DNA of 58,534 nucleotides, filler included, from Sphacelaria rigidula (lineage: Eukaryota), in assembly GCA_964200075.2 (NCBI GenBank). It is 10 parts of 10 records of this genome, joined end to end, with 100 filler letters (N's around TTAATTAATTAA, not from the genome) between each part and the next. Parts side by side here need not be neighbours in the genome. Positions count along the whole stretch, not along the records: positions 46,910 to 52,672 come from CAXNAA020024646.1; positions 52,773 to 58,534 come from CAXNAA020024647.1; 8 more parts are not named here. One strand, written 5' to 3'. Position numbers and translations under genes: made by a program. Below the pieces are notes generated by a model. The model did not search any database and was not told where the DNA came from. It was given only the letters and a program-made list of their open reading frames with translations. This document shows positions 48,120 through 58,534 of this stretch, one piece after another; positions within the stretch are counted from its first letter, which is position 1; every line of letters starts with the position of its first letter.

Positions 48120-51100
48120 GACAAAAAAACAAACAAACATATGAACAAGACGAGGAAAAATCAGAAGAAAGTAGAAATGACCGGCCATTGCAACATGGCT
48201 TCCGGTGGAAAAGGTCTTGCGCAACAGCACGCGTATTTATACCTGATGGGGAAAAAAACAAAACCCGTGGGGACAGATTTTGGCTCATCTATTTTGGCCA
48301 CGCAATATTTCGAGTATGAGCTGTTACCCACGAATCCTACGGAAGCGAGGTGCCACCTTGCGACTTGCGTACACCTCCCGGGAGGAGAGAACATACATAT
48401 AGAGAGATGGGGAGAGAAGGAGAAATAACGGAGAACAAGGAGACTAGAGAAGTAATGAAGCCCAAGGGGCATGGTGCCGTAGAGCAGGCACGAACGCACA
48501 AGCCAGGGAACACCGCAAGACCACCTGCCAAGAAGAAAATCAAGGACGATATCAACAACCTACAGGAAAGTGCAGGGGTACATCAGTTCCCGCGTTAACC
48601 CATCCTCCCCCCTTCATCGTTTGTCGGGTACAAAGCGGACCATTTTCTCGCTCATTTCCATCCTGGATCCCTCGCGAGCTCTTGTTGCCGTTGTTTTAGC
48701 GGTGGAAGCTCTCCGATTTGCGGCTGTCGACGCAGCAGCAGCCTCTCGTTTGTGGCGAAGATCGGATTTGCGTTCGTCTCCGCGCCCCTCCGTGTCCTCG
48801 AACTCTTCCATCCCTTTTTCGACTCTGAGATGCCATTTGCCAGTGTCCTTCGTCGCAGTGACCCACTCGTGGGCATCGTTAAGCTCCACACTGTAGATGG
48901 ACCAAATCTGTCGTGCTCCATTGCGTGGAAGGATCCCCAGTGCACGTAGGTTCTCGTGGAGGTCGTCCCCCCCGATTTACGGGGGCGCGGCCAGCCTCCT
49001 TGGACCCTTGTGCGGTTAGCCGTCCGGACATGGTGCGCTTTGTAAGACGTGTTTGTCCTGCCAGACAAGTTCCCCCGCGACCCAGAGTTGACGCCTGGGG
49101 ATGACCCTCTCGATACGTTCGCAGATGGAAAATCTCGAGTACCCCTCTGTCCACAGGAGTCTTGTATAGCCCCTTCGCCCTTTCTTGCGGAATCCAACAA
49201 CTCGCAGAAGAGCTTGTGATAAGCAATGCGCAAAATGCCGAAGCCCTTAGAGCGTAATGTCCATGTAGCACATCCGTATAATAGAGCTTCCACCACCTCC
49301 GCCTTGAACAGCCGGATTTTTAACGATAGCTAGGCACTAGGTCGTTCGTAGCGTTGGGAGGTACATTTTCGGAGGTGTGCCTCCGCAGCGCTGATGCGGC
49401 CGTTGGTTTCGATGGAAGTTCTCGCATCCGCGCTTATAGCACCACCACATGAGACAAATTTGATCATCCGCTTAAACTGTTGATTTTTCGTATTAATGTG
49501 TTGAGCGGTCTCTGCGGAGCTAGGTACTGAACACAGGCGCATGAACTCTGTCTTACTCTCCGATACTGTCAGATCGAACTCCTGACAGGTCACCACTACC
49601 ATGACTATCATTCTAGCAAGCTCGTCTGGGACCCTCGAGACTATGCCGACGTCATGAGCATATATCATTATACTGCGCGCCGGACCTCCTCTAGCGGCGT
49701 CTCTTTCAGAAGTTCACCATCGTCACCTTTTAGCGATACATCTAGATATGCAAAGCGGAGACCGTAGCTGGGTCTTCCACGAACCGCTGTACGATCACCT
49801 TGATCAAGGCTGCGCCGAGGATGTTGAGCAACAGCGGGGACGAAACGCATCCTTATCTGGGTCCCTGGCAGACGCGGAGTCACGCTGATCGTTAGTCATT
49901 ATCCAACTGTGCCCGAGCTCGCATGCCGTCGTGAAACATACGGATGGCCGTGATCATTCGCGGCGGGCCCTCAAACCAGGCAAGCACTTTCAACAGGAGC
50001 GTGCGGTCTACAGAGTGGGAGGCCTTTTGCAAGTCGATGAAGCACATGTTTAGTGGGGCATTGCTCGTCCGTCCCAACTACTGTAGTCAGCTGTAGTCAG
50101 CGTGCCCCGAACATCATGTCCGTGGTCGATCATTAGCGCCGTAATCCGAACTGCTCCTTGGTAAGGTCGCTGCCTCCTCGCAGAAATTACCCAGACTGTT
50201 GGCTACGATTTTGAGGGGAACTTTGCCGGCATGGTCCACGAGTGAGATGCCCGTGTAGTTACCACATTCGGTCCTATCCTTTTTCTTGAATAGAACTTTT
50301 ATCATGACATCTTCCTACTCTTGTGGCACCTCGCCAGACGTCCAGACCGCAGCGATGATGCTGCGAAAGTTGTAAGTTGTACAGAATCTTCAAAGGCTCC
50401 TCGCTCAGTCCAGAGTTTCAGGAGTTCAGCAGGTAGGTCATCCGGACCGTCGTAGGTCATCCGGACCGTCGCTTTTACAGTTCGCCATAGCTGTTAGAGC
50501 CTCCTCGGTTTCACTTGAGCTTTATGGGTCTCCAAGTGACAGCACTGTCGGTCTTTGCGCAATGTTTTCGATGACGGCTCGGTCGATAGTTTTCGATATG
50601 GCATTCACGAGGTAGGTAAGTACCGTTTACATATCTCACAGAGTAGGTCTTTGTCACGCAGTATGTCCCCATCCTCGTCTGTGGTGTACTGCTCAGCCTC
50701 TACTTCTCATCCCGCTAGTCTCCATCCTCCTTCCAGGTGTTTGTACCATCCTCCCATGTCCTCAAGGTAAGTACACTCTTCCAACTCTCCAGCATACACA
50801 TTGGGGTACCTGTTCACTCCATCGTGGATCACCTCTCTGACCTTTTTACATGTTGCTCGTAATGTGCGCCATGTGAGCTTATCTCTCGATAGTCCCAGTC
50901 GCACCGCCGACCTCACCCTTTCCCTTTCATTCCAGACCTGTTGGAACTCCGATCCGATGACAGCATCCTCAAAGCACCCCAGTATACGTGGCTTCTGGGT
51001 CTGACGGGGTACCTTCTCAGCGGCACTCAGTAGTACGTCGGCAAAGTTCACAGCGAGTACACGGACACTGTCGCCAGTCTTACCCTGCTTGAGCTCGCTG

Positions 51101-52050
51101 ATGTTGACCTGGGTGAGTTGCTCACGTCTGACAGTGTCAGATAGTATTGCCCGTCTGTCGATCGGTTTGCGCCTTACTGGGATTCGCCTACGTCAGTTGT
51201 GTGCAAAACGATCGAGTAGTCGCGCTAAGGCGCATACGATGTTATGGTCAAAGCTCGGGAGTTGGATGGTTCAAGGTGGACGGCGGCATTGTAAACAAGC
51301 CTGCGGTGATAATGCCTTGGGAGGATGTAGTCAATGCGTGTTTTGTCCGCAGGGCGATTCGCAACACCGTTGAATGAACGCGATGTGCTTCCTTTGAGGG
51401 TGGAAAATAACGTGTTGACCAGGGCAAGCCTGTTGTCGCCTAAAAATTGTAGTAAAGAGGTGCCATTACTGTTGTCGTCGGTTCGGGAACTCCGGCCGTA
51501 TCTCCCCTCTATTTACCATTCTTCCTCGCCTATTTGTGCCCCAGTCCTCGCGTTAGCGCCCATTAAAATGAACAGGTGGTGTTTGTTGGGGACTCGGTTC
51601 ACAATGCTGTCCAACTCAGTCCAGAGCACATATATCTCTTCTCTTGATTTCGACGTGTCTGTCGGGGTGTGGTCAACTACAAACGTGCTAGCGTTTGATT
51701 TGCCTGCAAGGTTGAAGGTCATCAACATGAGGCGTTCGTTGATGAGTGCAACAGTCCACATCGCCTTACTGATGATCGATTCTTCTCGACCGTCAACCCG
51801 ACCCCATAATACCCAGCCTTTCCCTTGCCATACTTCACCCCGTAGCAGAAGACACTGTACCCCGCGGCAGTGAACTTGGTTCGGCCCGGCCTCCTTGTCT
51901 CCTGCAGTCATATGACATCACATCAGACCGCCCAACATTTTTGCACGCCCACCTCAGCATGTCTGGCCTCGTTCTCTTTCCGTGAGGGACAGTACGGATG
52001 TTGTAGCTCGCCACTTTGAGCTCTCCTACACGCCGCCTAGCTCTACTCCT
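48120..52050 (-). mobile_element. non-LTR retrotransposon (APE-type LINE, RTE-like), near full length but heavily degenerate
   Basis: APE motifs LKVASYNIRTV, MGANARTG; RT motifs IKVLFKKKDRTECGNYTGISL, CFIDLQKASHSVDR, IYAHD (degenerate YADD), VEALLYGCATWTL; many stops/frameshifts; 3' UTR ending in (TTTG)n. Confidence 0.92.
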
Positions 52051-52305
52051 ATCTACATATACACGTTTCCCCCCGTTGTTCTTCCCTCTTTGGGGTCTCT
52101 TTCTCCTTCTTATACTGTATAACGTGCGAGTTTTTTCTGTTCCGAAGTTTCTGGCATGTCGGTCACGGTGACTACCGTGAAAAACATTCGAGTCCTGTCT
52201 CAATGCTTGGCAATACGGAAATCAATATATTAACCATTACTGTGGGAATTCGCACCCGTGGCTGGTGATGTACCACTTTGACAATCTAGGCGCAGCGTAT
52301 GGTAC

Positions 52306-52537
52306 CTTCAATATAGCCGCCAGAGCGGTACTGTCGATGGTGGTCACAAACGTGAAGTCAAGGATGAGATACGTCATACCGCCCGCCTCCCGCGTCGCCG
52401 ACACCTCGTCTGCTCGCGAGTCGAACTCTGCTCGAGGCCTAACGCCGCTGGCCCTCAGGGTCGACGTCACCGATGTCACCACCTTTGAGGGAGATAGTCC
52501 AGTTTGGAAACGACGTGTTATATCTTCATGTACCAGC
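52306..52537 (-). CDS. STAS-domain protein (SulP/SLC26-like), exon
   Basis: ...TYLILDFTFVTTIDSTALAAILK matches the STAS motif ILDF--V--ID-TAL; cag/gtacc. Confidence 0.75.
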
Positions 52538-52772
52538 CTGGATTCGTTTTTGAGATTCAACATTTTAATGAGTTTCAACTGGAAAACAGTGCTTTCCCTT
52601 ACCTAAAGTCATGACCAATGAATTTCACATGGACGACCTCATGTCCCCCGACCTCCATAAAACTATTTCGGGNNNNNNNNNNNNNNNNNNNNNNNNNNNN
52701 NNNNNNNNNNNNNNNNTTAATTAATTAANNNNNNNNNNNNNNNNNNNNNNNNNNNNNNNNNNNNNNNNNNNN

Positions 52773-52899
52773 TTGGGGTTGGGGTCACGGGCGTGGTACC
52801 TGCAGGGACTGCCCCGATTGGTTTTGAAAAACATCGATCCTGAGGTATTTTGAACTACGGCGCGGTCCTCTAAGCACGCGGTCCTCTCACTCATTACAG
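52773..52899 (-). mobile_element. partial second copy of the CTGTAATG MITE
   Basis: Reverse complement of 41993-42115 including the TIR and (GGGGTT) repeats; cut by contig edge; more diverged relative at ~53648-53780. Confidence 0.85.
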
Positions 52900-53451
52900 G
52901 TGCGACAAAACAACCTCTGAGCAAGGTTTCGCAATAGTGAACTACAAGGCTCCGTCTTGAGACAGGGGCAACAGTTTGCTTCAATCCTCAGAGAACAGCG
53001 AGGATGGCGACCTTCACCTGTCTTGTAGTTCGTCTATCAACACGATCTACTGCATATTCATGTCCTCGTTTTCTGCTGTACCTATTGCAGATAATCGATG
53101 CTCGATACCCCTCTGCACGCTCGTCTCTCTCTGCATTTCTCGCCCTGAAATTTCCGGGCCTCCACATGTTCGGGCCTTCACATGTTCGTCTTTTTCTCGC
53201 AATTCGCTTGTTGTGGACGGCCTTCGACTCCTTTCGGGAGCACTTTGCCGTTTCCTGCGAATGCCTTCTGTCGCGGTTGTGTCAATGGCGTATCTATTCA
53301 TCACTTGTCAACCCATCAAGGGAGAGATGGTTACACTTCTGCTCCACACACAAGGCACGCACTATAAAGTGCATTGATTATCTTCTGGAAAACCATCAAA
53401 ATGAAAACAACGGAAACAAGAACACCTGAGCGTAGACTGCGTGAGACTCAC

Positions 53452-53538
53452 ATAGTATTCGCTGGGGACCGTCGTTCCGGCGAAATATGTCCTCGTAGAT
53501 TTGTCGTTCAGATCGATGGTCTCCGTCATCTCCATCAG
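53452..53538 (-). CDS. protein of unknown function, exon
   Basis: LMEMTETIDLNDKSTRTYFAGTTVPSEYY; cag/gtgagt; phase 0 from 54539. Confidence 0.55.
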
Positions 53539-54538
53539 CTGCGGAGCACCAATCAAGGAAAATATTACGGAAGATCAATGTATTGCGCTTGCGAACGGCG
53601 TGCTTTTTGTATCGCATCGGAGCTGAAACACGCCTATGTTCAACGCAAGGGTTAAGATTAGTGCTATAATTAGGGTCAGGAGGGCGGTCCTTTCAGGAAC
53701 TGGCCCGAGCGGTTGAAAAATGTCGGTCCCGGGGTGTTTTGAACTCCAATGAGGTCCAAAAAGCACGCAGTCCGCTCACGTACCACCATCGGTACGACCG
53801 TGCCGATGAGAGTTCTATAGTATAGGGTTAGGGGGCGCCTACGAGGCACCCACGTCTATTCTCCAGTGGTAGTCGGATCCTCATCCTGCCAGCTGACACA
53901 CATCCATGCCGTAGTCTCAGCACTGGATGAGCGGGCCGAAGGTGATGGCGCCAGACACACGCACAGATCACCAAGTGAATCAACCGCAGGCAAACGATTC
54001 GACAAGAACACTCAACGGAGTGAAAGAAATATAACACAAAACCCCCAACGTAACCCTTGGAACAGTACTCCATCTGGACCATGCATATATTGCTTTCAAG
54101 TTAAGTTGATGCCGGTCCACCAGATGACCTACTCTCGCCGTAGAAGGGTTAACCCCTGCGGCGCCAGATGACAAAGATCGACCCTGCTCCTGTTCTACTG
54201 ACTTTGGTGGGTCGACCAAAGGGGATCTGATTTCTGTTTTCGCTGCGTTTGTACATGAACAAGGGATTGGGGACCACGTTATACACGATATGCTGTCAAC
54301 CGAGGGGCATGCGCACGAACAGGGAGGACCTGTTGAGCTTTAGTGTTGCAGCTTCCGGCGTAAAGATCGACGGTCGATAAGGTGTAGATCGCAAGGGGCA
54401 AGAAAACGACAACTACATACACCCGCGTGTACATGCACACAAATTCACCATAATTATATATCAATGACTGAACGGCAACAAAAACAAACAACAATGATAG
54501 AACGAACCGAGTATACGCTACCCTTGAGCACGACGTAC

Positions 54539-54680
54539 AATTGTTGATTGGATGAAGTAGTTCCTGACAGTCCCGGCCGGGACGCGCGTGTACGGCAGGT
54601 TGCCGATGAAGCTGCTTTGGGCGTGATCACCCAGCGGATTTTCCAAATCTGGATCAGACCAATACACCATCACGCTTGAA
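54539..54680 (-). CDS. protein of unknown function, exon
   Basis: SSVMVYWSDPDLENPLGDHAQSSFIGNLPYTRVPAGTVRNYFIQSTI; cag/gtacgt; phase 2 from 57706. Confidence 0.6.
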
Positions 54681-55365
54681 CTGACCGCATGGAAGAGAAT
54701 GCGGCAGAGGGTGGGGCAGAGGCAGGAACAGTCTCAGCGTTGGGTACGCGAAATTGTTGCTACTCGGTAGGATAACCCAACATATGGCAATGCGTTAACA
54801 CACATTCCCCCAAACAATCATCGCGGTATCTCGATATTCCACTAGCTTGCTCCTGTTCTATTGCGCGAATAAACGATGAAGCCTCCGACCGCAGGAGTTC
54901 CCAGTAAGGCTTTCTTTCCGAACCTTATGGCAAAGTCTGTGCTGACGACCCCTCCCCCACTCCCCCCCCCCGCCTCTCCCCGCATCTCCTCCCTTTTCCC
55001 GGTATTATTTTCTCTAGACTCTTCGGTTGGCGTCGAGTGGTAACGACACTGAAAGACAAGCCGCCAAAACCTAGAAATAAAATGTACAGACTGCCACCGT
55101 ACATATGCCATAGACCGTCACTAGACAAAAAAATCCCGGACCAACAAACACAAAGGACAGGCAAAACCCCTAGTAACCAATTGTGTTTTCACCAAGAAAC
55201 ACACAAGATGCAGGTGGACATGATATAACAAAGCTGGCCTCTTTTTAAACTCCTTCCTTTTCCTTATTCTCTGTGTTCTCTCGCTTCCTTTTTCATCTTT
55301 TTCTTCTTCCTTTTCCTCTTTACATTTTCCTCCTTTTTCTGTTTTCTTGTCTCGGTTTTGTCCGC

Positions 55366-57020
55366 TACCATAGCACAGCCCAGATATGGACATGAAATGA
55401 TGGAGAAGCTAACCATCATTCTCCTTTGACCTACCGTAACTCAGCCCAGGCATAGACATGAAACAGAGAAGCTAGCCATCCTTTCTCTTTAACCTACCAT
55501 AACACAGCCCGGATATGGACAAGAAATAGAGGAGCACACACCAACCTTTTCAACAGCAGGTCGAGTAGAGTATACGCAATACTCAGTATTGTTCAAGAGT
55601 CATACTTTTCGAACTCAAATTTTGAGTAGAGTATTTGAGGCCGTACTCAATATACTCAAAATTTGATGGAGTATTTGGGGTCGTACTCGATCTGCTCGAA
55701 ATTTGAGTGAAGTATTTGAGGCCGTACTCGACGTACTCAAAACTTGAATTGAGTATTAAGGCCATGCCCAAGTGATACTCTATTCTCGAGTTTTAGTTCG
55801 AGTGCTTACTCGATATTTGAGTAGAGTATTGGAGGTCGTACTCGATCTACTCAAAGTTTGAGTAGAGAATTTGAGGTCGTACTCGACCAACTCAAAGTTT
55901 AAGTAGAGTATTTGAGACCGTACTCGACTTACTCGAAATGTTTGTAGAGTATCTGAGGCCGGCCCCGATGTACCACCACTGACTCTCTCATGAAGGAGTC
56001 ACATGTGCGGCCAGTAAAGTCGCTTATTTTGAAAATGGTCACCCGACAACCCGTCTTGTCGACTACTCAAGGATGATGAGTACGCTCTTGCCTGAAGGTG
56101 ATATCGAAGGAGTTGAAAGGTATCCAGTACGTACTGCCATGGGTGGGGGCAGGTGAGCTGCGACAGGTAGGTTCATTCACCTGCACGCTTTTTTTGTTTT
56201 TTGATGGCCATCATTTCCTCACAGCCGTTGTAGCCCGTGACGTACCGCCACGCATCTAATTGATCGCCATCGTTCGCCCATGTATTCAACATGGTCTGTG
56301 AAGTGATGTCACGAAGTCGCCGACGGCGACGCTTGCTCATCATACCCAATTGATACTCTATACTCGAGTATTACTGAGAGTGCTCACTCAATATTTGAGT
56401 AGAGTATTTGAGGCCGTACACAACCTACTAAGAATTTGAGTAAAGTATTTGAGGCCGTACTCGACCTTCTCAAATTTGAGTAGAGTATTGAGGTCATACC
56501 CAAGTGATACTCTATACTCAAGTATTACTGAGAGTGCTTACTCAACATTCAAGTAGAGTAGTGGAGGTCGTACTCAATCTACTCGAAATTTGAGTAGAGT
56601 ATTCGAATCCGTACTTAACCTACTCAAATGTTGAGTAAAGTATTTGAGGCCGTACTCAACCTACTCAAAATTCGAGGGGAGTATTTGAGGCCGTGCTCAA
56701 CCTACTCAATTTTTGAGTAGAGTAAATACTCGAGCATTGTACTCGAATACTCAAAGGTACATACTCTACTGGACCTGTTCTTGAAGCTTTTTTTCAACCT
56801 ACCATAACACAGCCCGGATACGGATATGAGATGAAGAAGCTAACCTTTTTTCTTCAATCTATCATAACATAGCCCGGACATAGATATGGACTAGAGAAGC
56901 TAACCATCCTTTTTCTTCAACTTACCATAAGATAGCCCGGACATGGGCATGGGAACAAGAAGCAAACCCTCCTTTTTCTTTAACCTACCATAACACAGCA
57001 CGAATACAGGCGTAAAATAG
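55366..57020. repeat. ~60-bp minisatellite (about 7 units) interrupted by a TIR element
   Basis: Unit taccataacacagcccggatatggac...agagaagctaaccatccttt...aacc; 3 units left and ~4 right of 55557-56777. Confidence 0.85.
55557..56777. mobile_element. non-autonomous TIR element (hAT-like) with ~40-bp hairpin repeat arrays
   Basis: TIR CAGGTCGAGTAGAGTAT / ATACTCTACTGGACCTG; arrays of TTTGAGTAGAGTATTTGAGGCCGTACTCGACCTACTCAAA; no clean TSD. Confidence 0.78.
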
Positions 57021-57082
57021 CGAGAAAAAACATATCTAGTTGTTTATATCAAGACGGAAAATATCCGCTACCGTCACTGAAA

Positions 57083-57458
57083 TTCATCGAAGATGGGAAC
57101 CTGGAAGATTAAAATCTTCGTATCCACTCATGAATTTCCGAAATATGGTCCCATTCCTCCACCTACTGGTGGCTATTGACAACTGCTACACGCCCTGCTA
57201 ATTTGGATCTGAATATCCGAAATGTAGGCATCCTAGATAAAAAACGAAATGGGGAATTCAGATGATCCGATCGGATCGCCGAAATTCCTCGAAATTGGAT
57301 TTTCACCTAGGACCCCAGCGTATCAGTTATCGAAATTCTAATTTGTATGACGTGTAGTACTTGTAAATAGCTACCAGTAGGCGAAGGAATGGAACCATAT
57401 TTCGAAGATTTGGTGTGGATACGAGGATTTTGATCGTCCGGGTTCTCATCCTTAATGG
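57083..57458. mobile_element. foldback/MITE, ~375-bp imperfect palindrome
   Basis: aaaatcttcgtatccac...cctactggtggctatt vs aatagctaccagtagg...gtggatacgaggatttt; centred on GATCCGATCGGATC near 57270. Confidence 0.75.
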
Positions 57459-57705
57459 AAAGCTCCATCCTAAATTTCGATGATTGGCTGTCATCACCAG
57501 GAAGTGAGCGCTGATGATCTCAAGCCCGGGTTGCCGGAAATGATTTATGTTGTAGTCTCAGGTTCTCTCGATCAGATAATTTCACCAGACGTCTCCCCTG
57601 AACTTTTGGTTGGGCGATGAGGACCGGATCGCCGCTCATACAAGTTGGCCTGAACCAGCAGAACATTCTCACGACGAAAATTCCTGCGTGGATTCCGCTG
57701 CGCAC

Positions 57706-57776
57706 CTTACTTCCGCCACGATGGAGTCCTCATAGTCCGCAACATCCTCATCATCCGGGCCGAGCGGCCACATCAG
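57706..57776 (-). CDS. protein of unknown function, exon
   Basis: LMWPLGPDDEDVADYEDSIVAEVS; strong pyrimidine tract + cag, gtgcgc donor. Confidence 0.58.
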
Positions 57777-58534
57777 CTGGATAAAAAAGAAAGGAAAAAA
57801 GAAGAGCGAACAATGCAGCGTACACATTCAAAAAGAACAATGCAGACTCCGAACTTTGCGGACAACAGCGAAGGATAAAAGTATTGATATTTCGGCCAGT
57901 TACAACGATATCTCCCGGGGAATGTGCACAATTTCATGGTCGGATATTTGGTGGGAAGTTTCCGCTGGAAGTTAATGAATAATGAGTTACCGAGACCATC
58001 ATCGCTTGTTGGAACAAAAAGCTCCACACGCGTGCGGTACCTATGCATGATGCGTTTTAGGCTCAGTGAGGCGGGGTCTTATCAGAAGTGACCATCACTT
58101 TTCAAAAAATCACTTTTGGATGAGAAGTGATTGCCCCCACAACGACCAGCGCTGTCTCTTATCGATAGGCAGTTTTGTTCAGATCGAAGCCCAAATCTAC
58201 GCACAGGTAAAAAATGCGGCGGTTCTGGAAGGGGCCATTAGTCCACAATGTACTGCTGCGGACAAGACGCAACGAGGTAGCACAGCGCCGACACATAAAG
58301 CCACGAAAACAGACGAATAGACATTCACCACTCATGCGCATTAACTCAAGCGCTAGCTTTTGATCATCTACAGATGACGGCGCTTGTTTGACGGAAATCC
58401 GTCCAGTATTAGATGAAAGGCGGCCGCGTGCGTGTCAACTAGCAACCGAAAACGTGCTGTTAACAGCCGATTTTTGAAAATGGGGTTGAAAAACAAAATG
58501 AGGTTCAACTCAAAAGTCGTGCTTTCCCTGGCCT

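Noticed and set aside
55600..56760. CRISPR-like array of ~40-bp palindromic repeats
   Set aside because: Units are degenerate and abut without unique spacers, lie inside a TIR element, and there are no cas genes

Overview
Eukaryotic nuclear DNA, most likely a brown alga/stramenopile (inferred from short GT-AG exons in long repeat-filled introns and from the gene and repeat types; not proven). The window is an artificial concatenation of ten unrelated ~5.76-kb contigs (1-5764, 5865-11628, 11729-17492, 17593-23356, 23457-29220, 29321-35083, 35184-40946, 41047-46809, 46910-52672, 52773-58534) joined by 100-bp N44-TTAATTAATTAA-N44 linkers, so adjacency across linkers is meaningless. Splicing exons by hand gives partial genes for a Trm10 tRNA m1G9 methyltransferase, a copine, an ABCG transporter, an LRR protein, a saccharopine-dehydrogenase-like oxidoreductase, a PKD/REJ-domain protein, a STAS-domain (SulP/SLC26-like) protein and one unknown protein. 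The rest is mostly mobile DNA: degenerate Copia, Ty3/Gypsy and LINE elements, a tRNA-derived SINE, three non-autonomous hAT-like elements, MITEs/foldbacks and satellites. The most unusual items are a dispersed repeat with a fixed poly(C) end that appears to insert into C/G homopolymer tracts, a telomere-repeat-carrying MITE that splits a Gag zinc knuckle, a Gypsy copy with an in-frame RT deletion and a copine C2B domain lacking loop-3 aspartates. No CRISPR, rRNA, genuine tRNA or prokaryote-type system was found.
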